A DNA stretch of 44,977 nucleotides from Octopus bimaculoides (taxonomy: Eukaryota): positions 99,352,298-99,397,274 of the forward strand of contig NC_068985.1 of assembly GCF_001194135.2 (NCBI RefSeq). The letters are read 5' to 3'. Every line of letters begins with the position of its first letter. Within the stretch, counting starts at the first letter, position 1. Positions 1-11,656 of this stretch are shown here, piece after piece. The notes below the pieces were generated by a model, which searched no databases, was not told the origin of the DNA, and saw nothing but the letters and a program-made list of their open reading frames with translations. The translations under genes were made by a program, and so were the position numbers.

Positions 1-49
1 TATATATATTGTATATGTGTATATATTTGAATGTGTATTATATATATTC

Positions 50-216
50 TTTTTGTTTTTAGTTAGTTTACAATTGGCATGCTGGAGCACCGCCTTCAGT
101 AGCAGAAAATGGCCCGAAGACTTATTATTTGTAAGCCAAGTACTTATTGTATCTGTGGCTTTTGCCGAACTGCTACGTTAGGGGGATGTAGACACACCAA
201 CATCGGTTGTCAAGCG
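50..216 (-). mobile_element. SINE group A, 3' half (tail toward lower coordinates)
   Basis: Shares GCATGCTGGAGCACCGCC...GACTTATT.TTTGTAAGCC.AGTACTTAT...TTTTGCCGAAC.GCTA.GTTA.GGGGA.GTA.ACACACCAACATCGGTTGTCAAGCG with the copies at 3441 and 32341. Strand is set by the tRNA-like head of the 32341-33136 copy. Confidence 0.8.
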
Positions 217-595
217 TATATATATATATCTATGCACGCATACCTGCATATGTTGGTGGATGGAAACTCAAAATATATATATATACACACACACACACAT
301 TGGGATGTACAGTCGCCTATATTATTCTGGTATTATCATTTTTAGATTGTTATACTAGATATTAACAGTGTCAGTGGTGTCTTCATGAATTATTTTTCTC
401 GTGAATGATTTCCTACGTATTGAAATTATTTTCATACTGGTGGCTGCGATGATTCCGGCGCAAAACGAATCAGTTGTAGCGCAGAGTTTGATACGACAGG
501 TCAGGGCTCTCTGTTATGGTAAAACGTGCTGAAGAAGCTTGGGCTATAATGTATATATTCACTTACAGTGTGCGTGTATATGTGTATTCTTACAT

Positions 596-785
596 TTGCA
601 TGTCCACGGCCACCACCTGAGAATCAGTGTTGTTTTGTTTACGTCCCTGTAAATTAGTTGTGTGGCAAAAGAGGCCAATGGAATATAGAAAGGCTTAAGA
701 ATGTCTTGGAATTGATTTATTCGACTAAACCCTTCAAGGCTAATGCCCCATCATTAGCACAGTACAATGACAGAAACAAATACAT
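596..785 (+). mobile_element. SINE group A, diverged 3' half
   Basis: GTTTACGTCCCTGTAAATTAG..GTGTGGCAAAAGAGGCCAATGGAATA...TCGACTAAA...ATGACAGAAACAA is the reverse complement of the group A 3' half at 50-216 and 32341-32545, more diverged. Confidence 0.65.
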
Positions 786-1026
786 ATCTGAAATATTGTG
801 TTTGTTAAGTTGGAATGGGATTGAAATCATTTTCGCTTTATACCGTATTTTCACTAACCTTTTAAAACATAAATTTTATTCTCTTTACTCAAAGTGGTCA
901 ACCACATTGAAACACGATGAAAGAAGCTCCTAGCTTAGTTTTTTTTTTCTTATATTTTCTTGTACTTCAACCTTGATACAACAGAGAACACTCATTAAAT
1001 AATTCTAGCGACTCCACATCTTTATT

Positions 1027-1445
1027 GGGATATCCATTACAATCATTATCTTATGCATTATTCGTTTGTCATTACTCCGTCTGTCATTTCTTGGTATATG
1101 TATTGAAAGCCATTATTGAAATCACCTAATGTGTTATTACATTCTCATTACGGCATCTATCTTATTACTATTTTTTTTGTGTGGTATACCCATTACTAAC
1201 ATTATCTAATTCATCATTACTTTGTCATTACCAAATTTGTGTTTTCAGTCAAATCTTTGATGAATTACCCATTACAGAGTTCATCGAAGGTCTCATTACT
1301 TTGCCATTACCTCATGAGTGTTATCACCGTTTATTTGCTGGGATACTCATTATATAGATTGTCATTATTTTGTCAATACCAAATCCGTAATAACACCACA
1401 TCTAGTAGGGGTGCCCGTTATTAATATTATCTAAGGTCATTATAT
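1027..1445. repeat. Decayed minisatellite, ~78-bp period, ~5.5 units, rich in CATTA(C/T)
   Basis: The anchor (GG..TA)CCCATTAC-like motif has its CATTA core at 1035, 1111, 1191, 1270, 1348 and 1416 (spacings 76, 80, 79, 78, 68). A sub-motif TCATTACTTTGTCATTACC recurs at about 1213, 1293 and 1362. Confidence 0.6.
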
Positions 1446-2059
1446 TTGATTTAGTGTGTTTTTCAGTGAAAACAGTTTCGAATTGGAGGGTCACTCATTG
1501 TTTTCATTCCCATTCTTTCTCTCCTGAAATTTTAGCTATGATTAGCTGTTAAGTCAAACACATAGATTACACCACATAAGACTGTGTCGTTAAAACTTTC
1601 ATTTTGCGGCTGTTATTAAGTGATAATTCGTTGTTAACTCCGATAAATCGGACAATGGCTCTTCTAATTATAATATATTTCTCAAACGACGATGACGGTT
1701 ACGCGCTATCTTTCAGTATACTGTAAAAAGAGCGCAACATCGTCTTCAATCCACATTTTATTGTCTTCAAAAAATTGAAGCAAAATGGATCATGTAGTGC
1801 TACAAACACAATAAATAGTAGAATGTGAGTGAAGTAAACCTGGCAGCTGTATGTGGGAATTACAGCCTTCCTTTCAGCCACAAGTATATTATAATGAAAT
1901 GTTTGCGCGCGCGCGTCTTTGTGTGAGTACTCGAAAAATGTGAGAGAAAGAATTGACGTGAATATGTGTCTGCTTCTATATGGAGGATGTGTATCTGTAA
2001 GACACACTGAAGCGTAGAGTGTGCATGATGGAGTACAGAGAATGTTGCCTCTCACAGTA

Positions 2060-2400
2060 TTGAAACATTCTCATGGCGCCAACTGTCATAATGGAAATGG
2101 CTTTGCCCCGACGAATGGCGAAGAAGATGCGCTGGAACATCCACTCTGACTCCCGGTTCTCGCACTTGCGGATAGCCATCTTCGCTCCGATAACGGAGAC
2201 TAGATTTATTGTCCGGGGATGAATAACACCGGAGGTCCCAACTGTCACAAAGTCGACCATAAACATATTGGAAAGTGACCTATACCTTAACCGTTTGTTC
2301 TTTTGTCAGCCTGGCAAGCAGCGGAACCTGCGTCACCAAGTTGACGCAGGAGTAGATGTCACAGCATGTGGCATCTCAACTGAGGGGCTAACCGGCGTGG
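2060..2400 (-). mobile_element. Decayed 3' end of a CRE-like non-LTR retrotransposon ORF (restriction-like endonuclease domain)
   Basis: Minus-strand translation across stops and frameshifts gives (W>*)DATCCD...AGSAACQADK..K..RY RSLSNMFMVDFVTVGTSGVIHPRTINLVSVIGAKMAIRKCENRESEWMFQRIFFAIRRGKAISIM. This follows the CRE-clade RLE pattern WDxTxxD...GxAAxxAxxxKxxKY...ETxG...FQRLSxAxxRGNAxS (motif recalled, not searched). Confidence 0.7.
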
Positions 2401-3300
2401 TCTCTGAATGCTCGCACAGCTACCGAAAATATCAACTAGATGTCACTCATTTACATTTCATTGTCTTTAAAAAAGTTTTCACTCTGGGTAATGTAGAGTT
2501 GAATACAAAATTTGGGAGTTGTATTTGTTTGGCTAGTGATTTGATCTAGGGCCTCCTGTTGAAGAGAAAGCAATTACAGCACGAAAACCTCGTTATAGCT
2601 ATACAAAGTCAAATAAAATGCTAATTTTCACATTACTTGGCGTCAAGATTTTCGTCATGCTGTCTGCGACCTGATCCCTGACACACCTCGGCTTGCAGAG
2701 TCAAGGTGGTAAGAGAGTTCAACCAGAGTTTTGACATTAAAGAATTAATAGTTAAGTGAAGTTAACTGCTTTTAAATGCGTTTTTGAATGGCTAAAATAA
2801 ATACACAATAACTAACAAAAAGCCACTAAACTTCTTTATATGTATTCGAGAATTTGATGACTGAGGAATGAAAATCGGACTTCGCATTAATTAGCAACGA
2901 AAGTGAAATCAGACATATTTGGATTAAAATTGAAACTGCGTATCTTTCCTCTGTCTACGATGCCTTTGTAATATAAATCGATATCGGATCTATGCCTAAT
3001 CGTCTGACTGATAAATTATTTCTTGCTACATACCCCAGATTAATAATTGCACCCGGTATTCAAATTTACACAACATGCTATTTGCATTAGTCGCAGGATG
3101 TATTTATCATTTTAATCAATTTCTATTAAACGGGCTGACGTAAGACTGAAATGTACATGTTCACTTTGTCAAATATCAGATCTAGTTCAATCAGCAAATG
3201 CTATTTTAATCTATAGAATTAGTATACAAACACACACACGTGCATATACTTACATGGCCAATCAGGCACATTATTCATACACCCATGTATATATGTATGT

Positions 3301-3323
3301 GTATATATATATATATATGCATG

Positions 3324-3420
<97 letters not shown>
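3301..3420. repeat. Compound microsatellite (TA)n-(TC)n-(TA)n
   Basis: Directly visible. It produces the spurious SLSLSL/YIYIYI ORFs. Confidence 0.95.
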
Positions 3421-3440
3421 TAGATTAAAAGAGCTATATA

Positions 3441-3612
3441 CTCTTACTCTTTACTCTATTACTTGTTTCAGACATTTGACTGCGGCCATGCTGGAGCACC
3501 ACCTATAGTCGAGCAAATTGACCCCAAGACTTATTCTTTGTAAGCGTAGTACTTTGTCTGTCCTTGTTTGTCCCCGCTATATTTGCCCCCCTGTGGGCAA
3601 TAAAGAAATAAA
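3441..3612. mobile_element. Chimeric SINE: group A 3' end (minus, 3441-~3553) fused to group B 3' tail (plus, ~3553-3612)
   Basis: 3441-3553 (TTACTTGTTTCAGACATTTGACTGCGGCCATGCTGGAGCACC...GTAAGCGTAGTACTT) matches 32341-32450. From 3553, TTTGTCTGTCCTTGTTTGTCCCC...CCCCTGTGGGCAATAAAGAAATA matches the tail at 30715-30781. Confidence 0.8.
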
Positions 3613-3924
3613 TATTGCAATTAAGTGTCGTGTACTGGATGTTCTTAGTTTAACTTCTGATTAAAGCCACATCAACATGCACTAGGTTTACATAATAAAT
3701 ATAATTTCTTTTGGTTTACGTAATCTAAAAATCTGCAGATAGCAGAGTGTTTCAGGGGCCTCAGACTTCATTATAAATTATATGATTCGTACTACTAGAG
3801 TTTTAACCTCAAATAGTTTGTTGCCAGAACAAATCCCTGAAGATTACTAGCTAATGCAACGTATTTAGGAAAACCTAAATGAAAATAATATGAAAAAAAA
3901 AATCAACTATATACAGGGCAACAC

Positions 3925-4085
3925 ACATATGTATATACATATACATACATACATATATATGTATGTTTGTGTATATATACGATATATATATATATATACG
4001 ATATATATATATATACATACGATATATATATATATCGTATGTACATATGTCTGTAAATATGTAATACATATATGTATGTATTGCA

Positions 4086-4153
<68 letters not shown>

Positions 4154-4235
4154 TATATATATATGTGCATGCATAATATATAAGCATACATACATACGAC
4201 CATACAAAAATACACAGACACACACACACACATAT
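3925..4235. repeat. Compound microsatellite tract (TA)n/(TACA)n/(TC)n/(CA)n
   Basis: Directly visible. It precedes the gap at 4325-4909. Confidence 0.9.
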
Positions 4236-4909
4236 ATAATAATGCAGTGGAAGGGAGAGAGATCGATAAACAGATAAGAGGGAACGAGAGGAAGACAGAG
4301 GTGATTGTGGAAGGTGAGTGAAATNNNNNNNNNNNNNNNNNNNNNNNNNNNNNNNNNNNNNNNNNNNNNNNNNNNNNNNNNNNNNNNNNNNNNNNNNNNN
4401 NNNNNNNNNNNNNNNNNNNNNNNNNNNNNNNNNNNNNNNNNNNNNNNNNNNNNNNNNNNNNNNNNNNNNNNNNNNNNNNNNNNNNNNNNNNNNNNNNNNN
4501 NNNNNNNNNNNNNNNNNNNNNNNNNNNNNNNNNNNNNNNNNNNNNNNNNNNNNNNNNNNNNNNNNNNNNNNNNNNNNNNNNNNNNNNNNNNNNNNNNNNN
4601 NNNNNNNNNNNNNNNNNNNNNNNNNNNNNNNNNNNNNNNNNNNNNNNNNNNNNNNNNNNNNNNNNNNNNNNNNNNNNNNNNNNNNNNNNNNNNNNNNNNN
4701 NNNNNNNNNNNNNNNNNNNNNNNNNNNNNNNNNNNNNNNNNNNNNNNNNNNNNNNNNNNNNNNNNNNNNNNNNNNNNNNNNNNNNNNNNNNNNNNNNNNN
4801 NNNNNNNNNNNNNNNNNNNNNNNNNNNNNNNNNNNNNNNNNNNNNNNNNNNNNNNNNNNNNNNNNNNNNNNNNNNNNNNNNNNNNNNNNNNNNNNNNNNN
4901 NNNNNNNNN

Positions 4910-5013
<104 letters not shown>

Positions 5014-7588
5014 GTGAGCGTATATTTACATACACACATCATACACACTTACACATTCACGCACACCCACATATAAACACGCTTGAGCTGACATAGATGC
5101 ATACATATGTGTATATAATGTTAGGTTATTCTAATTTATGAAGCAGTACTCAAACTAATAATTATGACCAGAAGTGTGCGCTCTGACGCAGCCACATAGT
5201 CGAAAATAATGTACGCCATGCACCACTAGAAACAGTAGATATCTCATGTTGTACTTGGAACAAAACGAAGAAAAAAAGTCAATCTCTAGAATTTATTTTG
5301 CTCACCCTAAAGTAGAATGTGAGAAATATTTATCGCAAGTCGGTAATATGATGCAGTTTTAACGGCCATTTTATCCGTGCGTCTATCATACACACAATCT
5401 ATAAATTTTTTAGCTTGACGTAAATTTAATCCGTTGTTCGATGTGACACCACCTCCTGGCCTTTAACGTCATTCTGTTGCATATACTTTGAGCATGTTTC
5501 CGGTTTGTAGACAATTTCCTTCCTTTCTCCTTACGATATTGGTGACTGAGAAAGATCATTGCTGCCGATCTACCTCATGTAAAAAGAACGAATTTAAACG
5601 CCTTGAACCGGAAATAGAATCGCCTTTCTAACATAGACATTAAGCTTTTGAGGACAGATGCATTGAAGCTGTCGACTTCGAAGCACGTGACTTTATAAAT
5701 TCAGCCAATTTCCCAGGCTACTCTAGCAAGCGGTTACTTCACTCATGATAACAAGGTCAACATTTTATAAAGGAAATGCAGGCTGATTGCATCGATTTAC
5801 AAAACATGCGAGAGGTTTATTGTGTTGTCTTCACAGGTATGTCTTCACAGGAAGTTGAATCCATACTAACGGATATGGAAACATAGTAGAACGGAAAAAA
5901 AAGACCCATCAAAGATTTTATCCAAATAATTTACTCTGGTAACCTGACATTTTGTCTACTTCACTACCTTATTGAAAGAGAATATGGAAGAGAAAAAAAA
6001 AAAAGAAAAACGAAATAAGATGAATGTTAATTTTATAGAATACTATGGCATTACAGTGTGCCAGGAATCCAGAGGAAATATTTTTGATGGTAAATCGCCT
6101 GGACATAACTAGATGCAAATAAACACTGTGTCTGACTATTGGAATATTTCAGACGCTGCCTGTGAATAAACTCGTATATTTCTAATACGTTTGTATCATT
6201 TTCTTCTATGAATTATTGTAAATTTAGCTTTATCCAACAATCGGATTATCTCTCTGGACGCTATGATTTAAGAAATTGGAGAAAATTCCGTTGATCAACA
6301 TAATGTACGAGTATTTATTCGAAGGTTCTCACGTTAAACATTTTAAATAACGTGTTTAGATTTTAATGGCTATATTGACAACTGCAAATTCGCAGATAAT
6401 TACAAAGGAAACATTTAAAAACAACATCACAAAACTATTGATATAATCACGAACGTTTGATTTGACGAAAATATGCTGATTTCTAAATTTCGAGGTGGTT
6501 AAAAACATGACTTCAAAGATAGCGAAAAATGGGTTAGTGTGACGTTAATGCCTATCTCAGAATAATTGTCACGAAAAAGCTCTTGACAAAGAAATGGAGG
6601 GGTTTACCATTTGTGGAAAATAGTCATTTTCGTCATTTGTGAAAAGTGAAAAAAATGGCACATTCCCCTGTCGTTTGATGTTTTAATTGTACGAGCAAAC
6701 ATGAATTGTTAATTAGACTCCTTGCATATCTGCAATACGGATTCATGAAATTGGTTGTAATGAAGAAGTTTTAGGTTCTTTAATAGAGTCTGATGGGACG
6801 TGAACATTATTGAATAAGTGCTTGTTGTTTTTAGGTTTTTGAATATATACATACGCTGGAATACTTGGCACTCTGTTGCCATATTTCTGTTAAAGTGACT
6901 TTTATATACAATTCAGGTAACAGAACTAAAGCTACCCCATGAGCGAATCAAAAGTTCACTGCTATAACTATTACCTTGCTGTATAGACGAGCATATGAGC
7001 TCTTTCGAACGACATTACAAAATTACTACAATACATTTGAAAGTACGTCTACCAGATATACGTTTGAAGAGACTCATCAGATATTACACGGTCTGTCTGA
7101 AGAAAGATCAGACAATGCAACAATAATTACAGAGCAGCGCAAATTATATTTCAGAGAAATATTCGCTGTCAGCTAGACATCACAAGTAATATCAGGAATA
7201 CGGATCTAATATTGACATTCAGATAACATGATATTTAATAAATAATTTTTCGAGAAATGCAAAACAAAGAATTGGTACCGGGAATTGTCCAGTGTATTGT
7301 GTGAACAACACAGCAATTTTGATGATATTTATCAATTTCTGTACTTGGTTTTAACGTGAAACCGTAGTACGATGATAGTTATGCAGCACGCTATTCTCGT
7401 TGGCAAGAATAAATTTTCCAAAACGGATTCAGAGATATTGCCAGGTGATGTGGGTTCGAGTACCAAGGAGATAACGAGTTTTCTCCCGGCTACTCTTTAA
7501 GTCAATATTTATACGCAATTATTTATAGATTTCTCTGCTTCAGGGTCCACTGTTCCACAGTATATGCACCCCCACACCTCTCTCTCTG

Positions 7589-7642
<54 letters not shown>

Positions 7643-8387
7643 CATATATACACACACACACACNNNNNNNNNNNNNNNNNNNNNNNNNNNNNNNNNNNNN
7701 NNNNNNNNNNNNNNNNNNNNNNNNNNNNNNNNNNNNNNNNNNNNNNNNNNNNNNNNNNNNNNNNNNNNNNNNNNNNNNNNNNNNNNNNNNNNNNNNNNNN
7801 NNNNNNNNNNNNNNNNNNNNNNNNNNNNNNNNNNNNNNNNNNNNNNNNNNNNNNNNNNNNNNNNNNNNNNNNNNNNNNNNNNNNNNNNNNNNNNNNNNNN
7901 NNNNNNNNNNNNNNNNNNNNNNNNNNNNNNNNNNNNNNNNNNNNNNNNNNNNNNNNNNNNNNNNNNNNNNNNNNNNNNNNNNNNNNNNNNNNNNNNNNNN
8001 NNNNNNNNNNNNNNNNNNNNNNNNNNNNNNNNNNNNNNNNNNNNNNNNNNNNNNNNNNNNNNNNNNNNNNNNNNNNNNNNNNNNNNNNNNNNNNNNNNNN
8101 NNNNNNNNNNNNNNNNNNNNNNNNNNNNNNNNNNNNNNNNNCATTTCAACGCTTCAAAAATAAACTTACGTTTGTTTACATATGACGTAATTCCTAGTCC
8201 ATCGAGCGTTTTTAGATGAGTTTATAAATTCTAAATTGCAGAAGAATTTGTCAGTAAAGCAGTTTAGCTTAAATAGTAAAGTTATAGGTTTACTTCATCA
8301 AGTATCTTCGTCCCTCACTTTAGTGGTAAGGTTTGGTACAGTAAACGTCATGGAGCACTTCTCGCTAAGCATTCTAATCTCTACACC

Positions 8388-8475
8388 TACATACATACAT
8401 ACATACATACATACATACATACACACATACATACATAGATACATACATACATAGATACATACATACGTACATAGA
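8388..8475. repeat. (TACA)n tetranucleotide microsatellite
   Basis: Directly visible. Similar arrays occur at about 8812-8840 and 10450-10492. Confidence 0.95.
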
Positions 8476-10450
8476 GACGGAAGTCTTCTCAAAACTACAA
8501 AGCTGATTCGAAGACTACAGATCCAATCCATCATTGGAACTGTAAAAATCTGTAAGACCTATCATTCGCTTACCATTTAAGTTTATAGGAGCTTGTCTAG
8601 ATATGTAAGTGTATGCAAAAGAAGACAAACAAAAAAAAAAAAAGAACTTACAGATCTGCACATATACACACATACAAAAATACACCGTTGTTGATATTGA
8701 AATTCCAACGAAGGTACCTTGGATCTAGGTTAGAAAGCGACTCTTTCTCTATTGGCAAGAAATCTTGAAATGAAACAGAATAATGGCATATATAAGAACA
8801 TTCAGTCATTCATTCATACATACATACATACATACATACACACATATATATATGTATATATATCTACATGCAAACATATACGTGTGTGTGTATATATTCA
8901 TACATACATACACATAACCACGTAATTACATACAAAAGCATACACTCAAACACATACATAATCCATACAGATACATTCACAGACATGAATGTAAGTGTAC
9001 ATACATACAACAATGCATAGATTTACAGACAAATCCACATATCGATTTCTCAATGTGTTTTTTTTCATACTCTAACTCTTTCTTCCTATCTCATCCCATT
9101 CACAAAGACACACACACACACACACAATCACGCATACACATATTTGTGTACACAAACAAACACAGGGAAGCTTAAAACACACTCACGTACACGAAGAGAA
9201 ATATCCAACTTTGCATACATATTTGTACACTGCCTCGGTGATGGGGAAGAAAAAAAAAGTACTTAAATCTATCGAACATTATACTTGGTTAAATCTACAT
9301 AGTATTATATATTTACATCCTTCTCACTATTATAGTGTCAATACATCTATAATCTGAAGATTCTTTTTTGTTTTGTTTTTGCTTTCCTCTTTAGAACTGG
9401 CTGTCAATAACTAGATTATAAATTTCTCGCAAGATTTCAAAAGGAATCCATACCATTATTATTTCAGTGTGATAAATAACGGTTTGTTAAAGTTGATGCA
9501 GTTTCGAAAACCATTCAAGTATTTCAAATCCAAAGTGAAATGTTTGCTAAGAAATAGGTTTATGAAAGTAAAGTAACTATCTATTAACTGAATTAAACAA
9601 AATACACACAACAGAACTTCTTCGCGCTTCAGACGAATGTATTTAACAATGCGTTTATATATCATCCTCCTTCCAATCCACCTTCNNNNNNNNNNNNNNN
9701 NNNNNNNNNNNNNNNNNNNNNNNNNNNNNNNNNNNNNNNNNNNNNNNNNNNNNNNNNNNNNNNNNNNNNNNNNNNNNNNNNNNNNNNNNNNNNNNNNNNN
9801 NNNNNNNNNNNNNNNNNNNNNNNNNNNNNNNNNNNNNNNNNNNNNNNNNNNNNNNNNNNNNNNNNNNNNNNNNNNNNNNNNNNNNNNNNNNNNNNNNNNN
9901 NNNNNNNNNNNNNNNNNNNNNNNNNNNNNNNNNNNNNNNNNNNNNNNNNNNNNNNNNNNNNNNNNNNNNNNNNNNNNNNNNNNNNNNNNNNNNNNNNNNN
10001 TACACGCGCACACGCAAACAAACATGGTTGTTGCTTGCTGGACGCTGCTACCATGGCAATGAGACATAGTGAGACAAAGAGAGAGGAAGGGAGAATCTAT
10101 GTAATTCAGGGAAGAGTATCATTTCTAATTTTTTTTTCAAGTGTTTAAAATGGAAAGTGTTTTTTCAATCGGTCGATGGAAGCGTAAAAGGAAGAGCGTC
10201 CATGTTATTTCATAAGATCCCCTATTATTAACAGAATATCCGAGAATAGTCACATTTTTGGCTTTGTTAAGTCTCGTCAGCATACACAGGCACACACATA
10301 CACACATACCGTATATATATAACGAGAAATGTTTAGGAGCGTGAAACTCGAAATACATAAAACTATATATAAATATATATGTATATGTGTGTGTATGTGT
10401 GTGTGTGTGAGAGTGTGCTTGCAGGCATATTCAGAACTTCTCAAGTGTAC

Positions 10451-10496
<46 letters not shown>

Positions 10497-10556
10497 GTGT
10501 GTGTGTGTATCTAATCCCACCTCTGTGTATGTTGATTACAAATTAACCTGTTCGAA

Positions 10557-10760
10557 GGCGGCGAGCTGGCAGAAACGTTAGCATGCCGGGCGAAATGCTT
10601 AGCGGTATTTAGTCTGCCGTTAAGTTCTGAGTTCAAATTACGCCGAGGTCAACTTTACCTTTCATCCTTTTGGGGTCGATAAATAAAGAACCAGTTATGC
10701 ACTGGGGTTGATGTAATCGACTTAATCCGTTTGTCAGTCCTTGTCTGTCCCCTCTATGTG
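10557..10760 (+). mobile_element. SINE group B (tRNA-like head), near full length
   Basis: Head GGCGGCGAGCTGGCAGAAACGTTAGC (A-box-like) and GAGTTCAAATT (B-box-like), central GAGGTCAACTTTACCTTTCATCCTTTTGGGGTCGATAAA, tail TTAATCCGTTTGTCAGTCCTTGTCTGTCCCCTCT. Colinear with 30540-30781. Confidence 0.9.
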
Positions 10761-10780
10761 CCTAGAGGAGAACAAAAAAT

Positions 10781-10952
10781 AACCAATTCGTCTTCACCTT
10801 GTCTGTGCCGATAAATGAAGTTCCATTCCTGTACTAGGAAAAAAAAGATATATATATACCAGGACCAGTGTATATCACGGGATGCGTTCTTTTTCCTAGT
10901 ATAGGAATGGAACGTGATTCATCGGCACAGAAAAGGTGAAGACGAACTGGTT
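10781..10952. repeat. Inverted repeat/hairpin: 63-bp arms (10781-10843 and 10890-10952), 46-nt spacer
   Basis: Manual ungapped alignment gives 57/63 identity between the left arm and the reverse complement of the right arm. Weaker pairing extends about 20 bp further out on each side. Confidence 0.9.
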
Positions 10953-11130
10953 AATTCTTTTTCTACTATAGGCAGAATGCCCGAAATTTTTAGGGATGGG
11001 GTCAGTCGATTAGCTCAACTCCAGTATGCAAGTGATACTTAACTTATCGACCCCGAAAGGATGAAGGGCAAAGTCGACCTAGGCGAAATTTGAACTCAGA
11101 ACGTAAAGATAGACGAAATACTGCTAAGCA
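10953..11130 (-). mobile_element. SINE group C (same head and centre as B, different tail), 5'-truncated
   Basis: TTCTTTTTCTACTATAGGC...GAAATTTTTAGGGATGGGGTCAGTCGATT...TTATCGACCCCGAAAGGATGAAGGGCAAAGTCGACCTAGGCGAAATTTGAACTCAGAACGTAAAGA is the reverse complement of 30788-30978. Confidence 0.9.
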
Positions 11131-11510
11131 GAAAATAAATGAAAAACAGGACAAGTTAACACAGAAAAAAGGACTTTTCATCAGTTGTCGGCTGTCTATC
11201 TACTCTTCCTTTCGAGTATTCAAACGACAATATGAGTCTTCAAAGACGGTAGCTCCCATGAATTCTAAAATAAAATTGAGGATTTATGGAAGGTTAAAGA
11301 TGGGAACAAAAATATTAAGAGTGAAGACATACAAGGTCCCAACTTTGATCATCCATAAATCCTAAATATTATTTTAGAATAAATGGGAGCTACGGTCTTT
11401 GAAGTCTCATATTGTCATTTGAATACTCAAAATGAGGAGTGGATAGACTGCAAACAACTGATGAAGGGCTTCTTTTTCTGAGTTAACTTGTCCGGTTTTC
11501 CATGTTTTCC
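11131..11510. repeat. Long fold-back (MITE-like) inverted repeat: arms ~11131-11305 and ~11337-11510, ~31-nt loop
   Basis: Ungapped manual alignment of 11178-11305 against the reverse complement of 11337-11464 shows 18 mismatches in 128 nt (~86%). Outer arms also match (GGACAAGTTAAC.CAGAAAAA / TTTTTCTGAGTTAACTTGTCC). Confidence 0.9.
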
Positions 11511-11620
11511 TCGTTGTTTTCGTATTTCACTCGTGTTTCTTCTGTAATTACTGGCTACGTTTTGTATCTATACCTCGGATGTTATTTGCACCATTGGTGA
11601 CTTCCTGTACTCATATACGC

Positions 11621-11656
<36 letters not shown>

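Noticed and set aside
5828-5886. Possible terminal exon TTCACAG|GTATGTCTTCACAGGAAG...ACATAG (GMSSQEVESILTDMET*)
   Set aside because: It is too short to assess, and the apparent acceptor is part of a 12-bp tandem duplication (TGTCTTCACAGG x2).
6976-7420. 66-aa ORF and nearby GIVQC...YDD resembling LINE RT motifs
   Set aside because: Motif spacing is too short, there are multiple stops, and no further RT motifs support it.
8685-8815. Possible dispersed repeat with a hammerhead-like layout (CCAACGAAGG...TAGAAAGCG)
   Set aside because: There is only one copy in the window and the core deviates at too many invariant positions.
11455-11475. CTGATGAAG in the fold-back arms as a hammerhead core
   Set aside because: There is no stem II-GAAA-stem III downstream on either arm.
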